This document shows positions 20,149 through 29,531 of a DNA stretch of 64,000 bases, in pieces (the stretch's first letter is position 1; each line of letters starts with the position of its first letter). The notes below the pieces were generated by a model. It saw only the letters and a program-made list of their open reading frames with translations, had not been told where the DNA came from and searched no databases. The DNA comes from Promethearchaeota archaeon. GTDB taxonomy: Archaea > Asgardarchaeota > Lokiarchaeia > Sigyniarchaeales > SOKP01. A program made the position numbers and the translations under genes. Where the stretch lies: NCBI GenBank assembly GCA_048937405.1, contig JBHLNF010000002.1, positions 160,001 through 224,000 on the forward strand, given 5' to 3'.

Positions 20149-20826
20149 ATGATAAAGATCACTCTTTCTCTATGGGATACAGGAGGACAAGAACGGTTTG
20201 ACTTTTTTAAAACCGATTTTTTCAAAGGTGTTGCTGTACTTGGTTTAGTCTTCGATTTAAGTCGTCCAGATACTTTTGATGAAATTAATTTGTATTTTAA
20301 AGAAATGCGAAAACAATCGGGTAATATCCCAATTTTTTTAATAGGAAATAAAAATGATCTAAAAAAAGACGTAGGAGAAGCCATCTCTAGAGACAAAATT
20401 ATCCAAACAGTAAATCGGTATTATTTATTTGAGTATATTGAAACTTCCGCTCTGGATAATGAGAATGTAGAACGGTTATTTCACCGACTAGCTATTACAG
20501 CTTTATTGGATTTAAGACCTCGTCTGGGTGAAATTATAGATCCTACTCATTTCAGATTCAAAGTTCTATTAGCGGGAGCTGCTGCTGTTGGGAAATCTTC
20601 CTTAATAAGAACCTTTGCCAAAAAAGAGTTTGAAGAAGATTATAAATTGACAGTTGGATTAGATTTCATGACCCAAACTCTTGAATTCGATGAAGATGAT
20701 ATCCCTGATGAAACACATGAATTAATCAAAAAATCCATTAAAGATTATAAAAAAATTGCAAAGAAATATCGCAAAAGAGAAGAAATATCTGAGATCATAG
20801 AAACTCTAAAGGAAATTGAACAATAA
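20149..20826 (+). CDS. Circularly permuted Rab-like small GTPase (G3-G4-G5-G1-G2)
   Basis: WDTGGQERF (20173), GNKND (20344), ETSA (20440), then KVLLAGAAAVGKSS (G1 at 20575) and YKLTVGLDF (G2 Thr at 20650). ATG at 20149, directly after the methyltransferase stop, is the likelier start. Confidence 0.88.
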   Translation: MIKITLSLWDTGGQERFDFFKTDFFKGVAVLGLVFDLSRPDTFDEINLYFKEMRKQSGNIPIFLIGNKNDLKKDVGEAISRDKIIQTVNRYYLFEYIETSALDNENVERLFHRLAITALLDLRPRLGEIIDPTHFRFKVLLAGAAAVGKSSLIRTFAKKEFEEDYKLTVGLDFMTQTLEFDEDDIPDETHELIKKSIKDYKKIAKKYRKREEISEIIETLKEIEQ

Positions 20827-20868
20827 AAATAATATTCTCATAATTTTCAATATTATAGTATCTTAATT

Positions 20869-21864
20869 TTATATATAATGAGTTTGACTTGCTATCATGT
20901 CAGCTTTATGTATTAAAGTGCCGAGGTTATTCATTTCTATCGGTAAATATTTACTCCATTTACCATGATGAAATATTATAGCTTGATACATCTCATCATC
21001 AAAATATAAAATTTGACCTTTTCTCTTAATAACTGCTACAGTTTCTTCAACATGATAATCTCTTCCCTCAAAGTTAAATTTTCTTTTAACTTCTTCATGT
21101 ATTATCTCTAATTCTTCACGATTTACCTCAAACTTAGATATAAAGTTCTTTCTCTTGAAGGAATAATATGAAATTTTACCAAAATCATGATAAATAGCAG
21201 TTAAAACTGCCTTTTTAATGTTGACATCGTATTCTTTAGATTTACAGAGATTATAACTATAATTTGTTACTAATAAAATATGATCAAATAATCCTCCTGT
21301 ATACCCTCCATGAATACCTCTTAATGCAGCAGGTAATTTTTTGGCTTCTATCAAAATTTCTTCTAATAAATCTCTTTTAGAATCTTCCAAATCAACAAGA
21401 TCAAAGAAAAAGTCAAATCCCTTATAGTCAAACTCTAATTGGTTTTTAAGATCCCCATTAACGAACTGGTTAATGTCAAGAAGGTCAATTGTATTTTGTT
21501 GACTTTTCAATTTGATTTTAGAACTAATTTGTTTTAATAGATTAGTAGCAAAATCATGGTCTTGATTCTTCAAGACATAAAAAAATTTTACTATATGCTT
21601 ACAAAATTTATTGGTGTGTTTCTTTCGAGCCAAGTAATCAGGACAGTCATGCTCTATAAAATTAGAGGTATTTATCAGAGAAATATTTATATTAAGCTTA
21701 TATGGAATTAGTTTATTTCCTTGTATTTCAGCTTCGATTATACCGTTTTTTTTATCTATTCTAAGAATTCGAACATGTTTATCTGGAATAGATTTTACTC
21801 GATTTAGAGTATTTTTACTTGTTAAATTTTTAATATTTTTTTCAAAATCAATCTGTTCTACCAT
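20869..21864 (-). CDS. SWIM zinc-finger plus HD-domain protein
   Basis: HDCPD...FCKH SWIM-like motif; GGLFDH, AIYHDFGK, AIIFHHG and HKAD HD-hydrolase motifs. Confidence 0.8.
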   Translation of the reverse strand: MVEQIDFEKNIKNLTSKNTLNRVKSIPDKHVRILRIDKKNGIIEAEIQGNKLIPYKLNINISLINTSNFIEHDCPDYLARKKHTNKFCKHIVKFFYVLKNQDHDFATNLLKQISSKIKLKSQQNTIDLLDINQFVNGDLKNQLEFDYKGFDFFFDLVDLEDSKRDLLEEILIEAKKLPAALRGIHGGYTGGLFDHILLVTNYSYNLCKSKEYDVNIKKAVLTAIYHDFGKISYYSFKRKNFISKFEVNREELEIIHEEVKRKFNFEGRDYHVEETVAVIKRKGQILYFDDEMYQAIIFHHGKWSKYLPIEMNNLGTLIHKADMIASQTHYI

Positions 21865-21983
21865 TATTTCTAATACTAGTCTTGGAAATTATTTAAAACA
21901 TTAGTCCCTTATTAAATTAAATTTTTTAGAAATAAAAATAAATTAAGATATGTTTATTAAATTAAAAAATCAAGGTGTGAATT

Positions 21984-22190
21984 ATGAGTATTGATGAATT
22001 ACAAGAAGAGGTAGATAAGCTTTTAGAAGAAATGGATGAACTTCAAGAGGTATGTGATACTCTTCCTCAATGTGAAGAGGATGATGGATGCGCTACTTGT
22101 GAAACGAATAAAAAAATTGAAGAATTAGAACAAAAAATTGAAGATCTTGAAAATAAAATTGAAAAATTGATGGGAGAAGAAGAGGAATAA
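21984..22190 (+). CDS. Small acidic coiled-coil protein with four Cys
   Basis: Heptad repeats flanking C-x5-C-x5-C-x2-C; preceded by an SD-like GGTGTG. Confidence 0.7.
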   Translation: MSIDELQEEVDKLLEEMDELQEVCDTLPQCEEDDGCATCETNKKIEELEQKIEDLENKIEKLMGEEEE

Positions 22191-22280
22191 ATCCCACCTA
22201 ATCCCAATTAATTATATATTTTTTATTTTGTATTATTATATTTTTATTTATTTATTTATAATTCTTTTATAAACGATTTA

Positions 22281-23567
22281 TTACAAATTCTTAAATTGAT
22301 TTCTCAAGTTTCTTGACATAATTAATTGTTGGATTTGTCTCGCACCTCCGATAATTTCCTGAATTCGAGAAATGTTCACATAATCTTGCATCATTGTATT
22401 ATCACACAAACCTGCACCTCCCATAAGATTGGCCGCTTCATAACAAACTTTTCTAGAAAGCAAGGCACAATTGTATTTATATTCACTTCCAAAAGCTACA
22501 AATGCTCTTGAAATATTATCTGGTAATTGTGCATTATACTTTTCCATTTTTTCATCATATTTTTCAGCAAATTTTAAGATACCATGTGTAAGTGATGTCG
22601 TTTTAGCCCACAGATCGGTCAATGGAAAGCCTACCCCTTGATGGAGCAAGACCTCCTTATCAAATTGTTTTCTCAAGTTTGTATAAATTACTGCAATTGA
22701 AAGAGCGCCCCAACATTCACTTATACCTCTTGTTGAGATTGAAATTCTCTCAGGGACCAATCCCTCAAAAAGATGCTCCCTTCCTTTACCAATCCCACCT
22801 AGTATATATTCTTTTGGAACTCGTAAATTAACCAATGTTTCTTTGCCAAGATATAATTTTGGAACATAAGGAATAAATACCCTATCGCAATTCCATCCAT
22901 CCCAAGAGGTGTTTATGAGAAATTGTCCCATAACGTTTCCATTGTTTTGTTCAGCAGTAGCATAAGATACAGCCCATTTTGCTCTAGGTGCGTTTGTATT
23001 ATATACTTTTTCACCGTTTAATAGAAAACTGCCATCTTCCTGTTCTTGACAGGTAGTTAATTGGTGGACCGCATCAGAACCTCTCTCTGGTTCAGTAATT
23101 AATAGACATCCTGTATATTCTCCAGTTACTAACTCTTTTAATGCTTCAAGACGTACTGGAACATTTTCATGATGAAAATAAATAGGGTTTACACAAATAA
23201 CCGTAGCACCGCTTCCCATCGCAAATTGAGGATCAAATAAATCAAGAGCCAATATTCTCATAAAATCTATAGCCATTCCGTGTTCTTTATAATTTAAATC
23301 GATGCAATTATAGTCAAATTGACGAGTTATGTAACCTTGTTTTCCAAAAGCAGGATACCAATCATATATATCTTCATTTGGTCCATGTGTGAGTTTATTC
23401 TGCTCTTCAAATTGTAAACAAAAATCCTCAACTTCTTTAAGAAAGGCGAATTGACTTTCAGTAAGAATTGGAAATAAATTATCATTAAGATAGTTGTATC
23501 TATTTCTTAGATTTAATTTCCCTAATATTTCGTCATTAATAACCTGTGTTTCAAATCGTTTTTGCAT
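22281..23567 (-). CDS. Acyl-CoA dehydrogenase (paralog 1)
   Basis: ITEPERGSD, LNGEK..TN, RKQF, MGGAG and QEIIGGA..IQ motifs. Confidence 0.92.
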   Translation of the reverse strand: MQKRFETQVINDEILGKLNLRNRYNYLNDNLFPILTESQFAFLKEVEDFCLQFEEQNKLTHGPNEDIYDWYPAFGKQGYITRQFDYNCIDLNYKEHGMAIDFMRILALDLFDPQFAMGSGATVICVNPIYFHHENVPVRLEALKELVTGEYTGCLLITEPERGSDAVHQLTTCQEQEDGSFLLNGEKVYNTNAPRAKWAVSYATAEQNNGNVMGQFLINTSWDGWNCDRVFIPYVPKLYLGKETLVNLRVPKEYILGGIGKGREHLFEGLVPERISISTRGISECWGALSIAVIYTNLRKQFDKEVLLHQGVGFPLTDLWAKTTSLTHGILKFAEKYDEKMEKYNAQLPDNISRAFVAFGSEYKYNCALLSRKVCYEAANLMGGAGLCDNTMMQDYVNISRIQEIIGGARQIQQLIMSRNLRNQFKNL

Positions 23568-23750
23568 TTTTCTATACTTCCATAATTTTTTTTATAATTT
23601 TGATAATATGGTATTTTGATATATTTTTTTTGAATTTCGTAAAAATAATATACTTTATAGAATTTGAACAACTTTTACTATCAATATTAAAAACTAAATT
23701 ATAAATTAATAAGTTCTAAATTTCTTAAATATTACAAGATATGAGTTAAA

Positions 23751-25049
23751 ATGACTGAAAATAAAAAGTTTGAAACCCAAGTAATTAATGACGCAATTTT
23801 AGAAAAGTTAAGTCTTAAATACCGCTATACTTTTTTGAATAGTAATTTAAGTTCGATATTATCAGAAGATCAATTTAAATTTATTCAGAAGGTTCAGCAG
23901 TTTTGCCTACAATTTGAAGAAAAGAATAAAATTACTCACGGGATGAATGAGGATATATATGATTGGATGGCACCATTTGGAGCAGAAGGATATGTCACAA
24001 GGGCTCATGATTTTAAATTCCTTGATGTAGATTTTCCTGAGTGGGGATTAGTAGCAGATCTTCTTCGATATATTGCTGTAGACAATTTTGATCCTCAATT
24101 TGCTATGGCTATTGGAGCTACAGTTTTGGCAATAAATCCTGTATATGAACACCATGAAAATATTCCTATACGGCTTGAGGCTTTAAAAGGTATGGTTACA
24201 GGTAAAGCAGTAGGGGGAATTCTTATTACTGAACCTGAACGAGGTTCTGATGCGGTCCATCAATTAACTACCTGTGAAGAACAGGAAGATGGCAGTTTTC
24301 TATTAAACGGTGAAAAAGTATTCAATACCAATGTCCCCAAATCACAATGGGTAGTTGCTTATGCTACTACTGAACAAAATAATGCAAATACAATGGCTCA
24401 ATTTTTGATAAATACATCATGGGATGGCTGGAGTTGTGAACGTGCAGGAATACCATGGACCCCTAAAGTATTTATAGGAAAAGAGAAATTAGAAAATCTC
24501 AGAGTTCCTAAAGAATGCGTCTTAGGCCCTGTTGGTAAAGGGAGAGAACATCTTTTTGAAGGTCTCGTACCTGAACGCATTGGAATTGCGGTTGGTGCTG
24601 TTGCACAATGTTGGGGTGCTTTAACACACGCCGCAATATATTCTAGTTTGAGAAAACAATTCAATCAAGAGATCTTAAAATTTCAGGGTGTTGGATTTCC
24701 ATTGACCGATCTCTGGGCCAGAACCTCAAATATAACATTTGGATTACTCAAATTCTGTGAAAGTTATGATGAGTTATTTAATAAATATGAAGGAAAAATC
24801 CCACCAAATGTAAGCCGAAATATGGTTCTAAATGCATCTCAATTTAAATATCAGGCTACAAACTTATCAAAAGAAGTTTGTTACGAAGCGGCTAATCTTA
24901 TGGGAGGAGCAGGCTTATCAGATAATACATTAATGCACGATTATGTTGGTATTTCTCGAATTCAGGAGATTGTTGGTGGAAGCAGACAAATTCAACAATA
25001 TATTATGAATGGACACCTTTTATCCTTAAATAAAAGGCTACTTGCATAG
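23751..25049 (+). CDS. Acyl-CoA dehydrogenase (paralog 2)
   Basis: Same ACAD motifs as paralog 1. Confidence 0.92.
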   Translation: MTENKKFETQVINDAILEKLSLKYRYTFLNSNLSSILSEDQFKFIQKVQQFCLQFEEKNKITHGMNEDIYDWMAPFGAEGYVTRAHDFKFLDVDFPEWGLVADLLRYIAVDNFDPQFAMAIGATVLAINPVYEHHENIPIRLEALKGMVTGKAVGGILITEPERGSDAVHQLTTCEEQEDGSFLLNGEKVFNTNVPKSQWVVAYATTEQNNANTMAQFLINTSWDGWSCERAGIPWTPKVFIGKEKLENLRVPKECVLGPVGKGREHLFEGLVPERIGIAVGAVAQCWGALTHAAIYSSLRKQFNQEILKFQGVGFPLTDLWARTSNITFGLLKFCESYDELFNKYEGKIPPNVSRNMVLNASQFKYQATNLSKEVCYEAANLMGGAGLSDNTLMHDYVGISRIQEIVGGSRQIQQYIMNGHLLSLNKRLLA

Positions 25050-26168
25050 AAAATTTAAAGAATAAATATTAATATATACTTAAATTTTCATTGATTTCTT
25101 TTTTTTTAAAAATTTTATAATAATTTGAAAAATTCTTCTAAGTTCTAAGTTAACTAAAATAATTTTTTAGAGGATTAAATAGAAAATATAAGTGAAGTTT
25201 ATCAATTTTTCTCTTAAATTATGTTATTTTTGATATTAAAATCAGTTTGATTAAATTTAGTTTCTTAATTTAAACTATTGCTCAAGAATTTTATTAATTA
25301 AATTTTATTCTTTATGGAAAATTGATATGATTTTATATAAAAAATATAAAAAAAATTAGAGCATTTTAAAGATTTGTCTTAAAGCCATGCTCATAATATA
25401 TTGCTGGATTTGCCTACTCCCACCGACGATTTCTTGAATTCGAGAAATATTTACATAATCCTGCATTAATGTATTATCAGATAAGCCTGCTCCTCCCATA
25501 AGATTAGCAGCTTCGTAACAAATTTGTTTAGAAAGATTGGTGCAATGATACTTAAACTGAGAAGCGCTTGCAACCATAGCACGGCTTATATTAACAGGAA
25601 TATGACCCTCAAATTTTTCCATTTTTTCATCATATGATTCACAAAACTTGAGTATACCAAGAGTCAAATTTGTAGTTTTTGCCCATAAATCTGTTAAAAG
25701 AAAGCCAACTCCCTGGAATTTGAGGATCTCTTGATTGAATTGTTTTCTCAAATTAGCATATATAGCAGCGTGAGATACGGCACCCCAACATTGTGCTATA
25801 GCACCAACCGCGATTCCAATACGTTCAGGTACGAGCCCTTCAAAAAGATGTTCTCGACCTTTACCAACAGGTCCCAATATATATTCTTTAGGAACTTTAA
25901 GATTTTCTAAATGCTCATGACCAAGAAATAATTTATCTACATAAGGAATGTACACTCTATCACATTTCCATCCTTCCCATACGGTATTTACTAAGAATTG
26001 AGCCATTAAATTACCGTTATTTTGTTCTGCGGTAGCATATATTACAGCCCATTTTGATTTAGGAGCATTTGTGTTATATATTTTTTCACCATTCAATAGA
26101 AAACTGCCATCTTCCTGTTCTTCACAGGTAGTTAATTGATGGACCGCATCAGAACCTCGTTCAGGTTC
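24231..26168. repeat. Perfect 74-bp inverted repeat (24231-24304 / 26095-26168) inside ACAD paralogs 2 and 3; near-identical third copy at 23003-23083
   Basis: gaacctgaacgaggttctgatgcggtccatcaattaactacctgtgaagaacaggaagatggcagttttctatt and its exact reverse complement. Paralog 1 matches 24241-24321 at 79 of 81 positions. Confidence 0.9.
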
Positions 26169-26639
26169 TGTTATACATATACAACCAGATGATTTACCTG
26201 TAACCATGTCTTTTAATGCTTCAAGCCGTTCAGAAATATTTTCATGGTGCTCATACACAGGATTTATCGCTAAAACCGTAGCACCAATTCCCATTGCAAA
26301 TTGAGGATCAAAACTATCTACTGCAAGATATCGAAGGAAATCTGCTACAGCACCATAATATTCATATGTAATATCAATCATATCAAAATTGTGAGATCTT
26401 GTGATATAACCATCTGCTCCAAATGCTGGAGCCCAATCATATACGTCCTCCCCTGGTCCATGTGTGATTTCATTTTTTTTCTCAAATCTAAGACAAAATT
26501 TTTGAACTTTTTTTAGAAAATTAAATTGTTCAGGGGAAAGTATCGCAATTAAATTATTATTTACAAACGAATATCGATTTTTAAGGCTCAATTTCTCAAG
26601 TATTTCATCATTAATTGCTTGATTCATAAACTTTGCCAT
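25356..26639 (-). CDS. Acyl-CoA dehydrogenase (paralog 3)
   Basis: Same ACAD motifs as paralogs 1 and 2. Confidence 0.92.
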   Translation of the reverse strand: MAKFMNQAINDEILEKLSLKNRYSFVNNNLIAILSPEQFNFLKKVQKFCLRFEKKNEITHGPGEDVYDWAPAFGADGYITRSHNFDMIDITYEYYGAVADFLRYLAVDSFDPQFAMGIGATVLAINPVYEHHENISERLEALKDMVTGKSSGCICITEPERGSDAVHQLTTCEEQEDGSFLLNGEKIYNTNAPKSKWAVIYATAEQNNGNLMAQFLVNTVWEGWKCDRVYIPYVDKLFLGHEHLENLKVPKEYILGPVGKGREHLFEGLVPERIGIAVGAIAQCWGAVSHAAIYANLRKQFNQEILKFQGVGFLLTDLWAKTTNLTLGILKFCESYDEKMEKFEGHIPVNISRAMVASASQFKYHCTNLSKQICYEAANLMGGAGLSDNTLMQDYVNISRIQEIVGGSRQIQQYIMSMALRQIFKML

Positions 26640-26744
26640 AAAATTTACCCCACTTCTTAATGTTTTATGATTATTCGATAACTATTTTCACTAGGGTAAT
26701 AAAGTTTTGACTTTTTAATTTTTGTAAAAGCAAACTATCAAAAA

Positions 26745-27497
26745 TTAAAAAATTAATTTTTGAATTCTATTCGAAAATCTTTTAGAGATAACTAATCCCG
26801 TTTCAAATGGACAGTTACTCTTGAATTGAATAACAGATATAAAATGCTCATCTATCCCTGTTAATGACAGAACACCAAATTTTTCTAAGGAGATTAATTC
26901 ATTTACTCTAAAATTTCCTGATATAAATCTTCCTTCTAAGAGTCGAATGATTTCGGATAATATATTTGGCTCTAATGATGATACAATAACTCTGCCCGTT
27001 TGAGTTAGTAGAGCTGAAGAAACAACAAAAGAAGAAAATGTATGCAATTCATTAAAAATATCCAATAGGTCTTTTTTAATTTCATCTGAAACTATCTGAC
27101 CATGGTTTTCCATTATAGCATCTATATTCTTTTCAAATTCAAAAAATTTTGAAATTTCTCCATCAAAATTTTCATTTAGTAAGGTTAGATCATACTTATT
27201 GAGGAATTGATTCTTAATTTCCCTTAATTGATTTCTAATCTCAACAAGATTATCAGTTCTATCACTGAAAAGGGCAAATAATAACTCATCATTTCCTATT
27301 TTCTCAATCTCGAATATGAACCTAAATAGTCCAACCTCAATTTCAGATAATTCTTCAGTTTTTAGAGTTTGTTTAACAAATGAAAAAATTGCACTTAAAA
27401 AACTACTAGTTAATTTTATATTAAAAATATCTTCATAGGTTTTATAGAAGATCAATTCACCAGTGTTCCCTTTCATTATAAAGATATTTTTAATCAT
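26745..27497 (-). CDS. Longin-like domain fused to a roadblock/LC7-like domain
   Basis: N-terminal IFIM...GELIF..Y...L.SSFLSAIFSF longin pattern; C-terminal V.SSALLT..G.VI.SSL roadblock pattern. Confidence 0.65.
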   Translation of the reverse strand: MIKNIFIMKGNTGELIFYKTYEDIFNIKLTSSFLSAIFSFVKQTLKTEELSEIEVGLFRFIFEIEKIGNDELLFALFSDRTDNLVEIRNQLREIKNQFLNKYDLTLLNENFDGEISKFFEFEKNIDAIMENHGQIVSDEIKKDLLDIFNELHTFSSFVVSSALLTQTGRVIVSSLEPNILSEIIRLLEGRFISGNFRVNELISLEKFGVLSLTGIDEHFISVIQFKSNCPFETGLVISKRFSNRIQKLIF

Positions 27498-27726
27498 TTT
27501 ACTGAAGTTATCTTGAATTGTATGTAATATATAACGATTTTATAACTTAAATAAAAATTAATCTATAAAAATGCATTTATTAATTTAGCTTTTTAAGAAG
27601 GAGCAACATTTAATTTCTAAATTCTACAAAAATTTAAAAATTCAAATTAACCTAAATTGATATTCAAGAAAATAAAGAATTTGATAAATTTACAGATAAA
27701 TTGTCTTGATTTCTGATAAATACAAT

Positions 27727-28494
27727 TTAAAATCCATCAAATTTTGCCCATTCATCTTCTTCTTCTATTTCTTCATCATCATCAATGTATTCTTCAATCT
27801 CATCACTTTTGTAACTCTCAGAAATTTCTTCTTCAAATTCCTCAAGTTCATCCTCAAAACTTATGGCTTTTTCTATATCAGTTGTTGTATCAACTGCAGC
27901 CTTAACCTTTGGAATTGGCTCCATCTCTTCAATGGGCTTTTTCTTTTCAACTAGCTTTAGATAATCCCCATGAATTTTTATTGTAATGGGAGTTTCTTCT
28001 TGTAAAAGCCTCACAACAACCTCTTCACTCGAGCTAGTATCATGAGGCATACGCATTACGATTGCTCGGGAACCTTCAAATACACCACTAATTATCTCTA
28101 CAGTATCACCTTCTTCTAAATATTCTGTTACACTTCTTGGTAGGAGTACATGTTTTAATTCTATAAGCTTAATATTTTGTACGATTCTTCCCTTAATATG
28201 AGGAATCCCTTGCACAGCTATTTGTACATCCCTCTTCTGTGGAGCTTCAAAAAATATATATCCTGGAAGCAAAGGAGATACAAGCATTGCTCTTATATCA
28301 GGAATTATATCTAAGATCTTAAATCTATAGAAAATCTGTTTCAAAATATTACTTTCTTGATTTATAGTTGTCCTAACTGCGAATAAGGTAGTTAGATCTT
28401 CTTTATCTTCAAATTCAGTCATGCTTAAAATTTGCTCTGATTTTAAATCTTCATCTTCAATTTTCTTTGTTTCTTCTTCTTCTTGCTCTACCAA
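27727..28494 (-). CDS. spt5: Transcription elongation factor Spt5/NusG with acidic extensions
   Basis: NGN domain (FAVRTTINQE, LPGYIFFEA, GIPHIKG) and KOW motif (GDTVEIISGVFEG). Confidence 0.9.
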   Translation of the reverse strand: MVEQEEEETKKIEDEDLKSEQILSMTEFEDKEDLTTLFAVRTTINQESNILKQIFYRFKILDIIPDIRAMLVSPLLPGYIFFEAPQKRDVQIAVQGIPHIKGRIVQNIKLIELKHVLLPRSVTEYLEEGDTVEIISGVFEGSRAIVMRMPHDTSSSEEVVVRLLQEETPITIKIHGDYLKLVEKKKPIEEMEPIPKVKAAVDTTTDIEKAISFEDELEEFEEEISESYKSDEIEEYIDDDEEIEEEDEWAKFDGF

Positions 28495-28620
28495 TGTTTT
28501 TCACGATACCTATTTGAATTTGGGTTTTTTAAAATTTTTCTTAGGAAAATAAGTATATATTATTAATAGTATTCAAAATTAAAAAATTTTTCTATTTATT
28601 TGAATCCTAAATTATAATAA

Positions 28621-29004
28621 TTAGAGAGGGATATTATTAATATTTAAAATATCGGGGATTTTTTTGTTTCTTTCAAGCCAGGAAATCTCATGTTTCATAT
28701 ATCTCCAGGTAATTTCACATTTCCCCATCTTATCTGAAGATTCTGTCTCCCAATCCCATGGATTCACTATAACGAGATCCGCAATCCTTATCCACACTCT
28801 CTTTTTGATTTTTCCTCGTATACGACCTATTCTATGTTGACCATCTTCACAGAACACTTCCATGCGATCATTCCCAAGAACACTCACAACACGCCCGAAC
28901 ATTTCACCTAACTTTTTATTAGGAAATTTAACACGGGTTATTACGGGTTCTTCTTGAGGACTACCTCGCTTTTTTCCTTTTGCTTTTCCCTTTTTTTTTG
29001 CCAT
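28621..29004 (-). CDS. eif1a: Translation initiation factor aIF-1A
   Basis: GEMFGRV..VLG..RMEV.CEDG..R.GRIRGK.KKRVWI...D.V.V.PW; Y...E.WL. Confidence 0.95.
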   Translation of the reverse strand: MAKKKGKAKGKKRGSPQEEPVITRVKFPNKKLGEMFGRVVSVLGNDRMEVFCEDGQHRIGRIRGKIKKRVWIRIADLVIVNPWDWETESSDKMGKCEITWRYMKHEISWLERNKKIPDILNINNIPL

Positions 29005-29060
29005 CTATAATTACTCTTTTTTCTAAATTTTCTATACTATAGAAATAAATACTCGGTACT

Positions 29061-29396
29061 TTATATCTTATCATCTGGTAAATATTTTCCTTTTATAAAC
29101 ACAACTTTAATAGCTTTATCAGAATCATTTCGAATATTGTGCATTTCTTTTGGTTCACAAAGAAAAACACTTCCTTCTGGTGCACTATATTCATTATCAT
29201 CAATGATCATAATACCATCTCCTTCCATAAAATAAAAAGTTTCATCTAATATCTTATGTCCATGCGCTTTTTCTCCCATCAATTCCCCAGGCTTAAGCAA
29301 GATGACACCCCAGTCTATCGAAGGCCCTCTCATAAGATATTTAACACCAGATTCTCCTCCTCTATATTCAAAATCTGTTTCATGAACTTTTTTCAT
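29061..29396 (-). CDS. Cupin-domain protein
   Basis: H.H...ETFYF.EG and P.E.H.I.N cupin motifs. Confidence 0.85.
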   Translation of the reverse strand: MKKVHETDFEYRGGESGVKYLMRGPSIDWGVILLKPGELMGEKAHGHKILDETFYFMEGDGIMIIDDNEYSAPEGSVFLCEPKEMHNIRNDSDKAIKVVFIKGKYLPDDKI

Positions 29397-29531
29397 TGTA
29401 AATCACGAATGGTATAATTATATTATAAAACTTAGTATCTAGAGTAAATTATAAATCTTACCTATTATAAAGAGATTCATAGAATATTATAGAATTTTCA
29501 CGACTTTAAGTAAATTTTATGAGTAAGAAAT

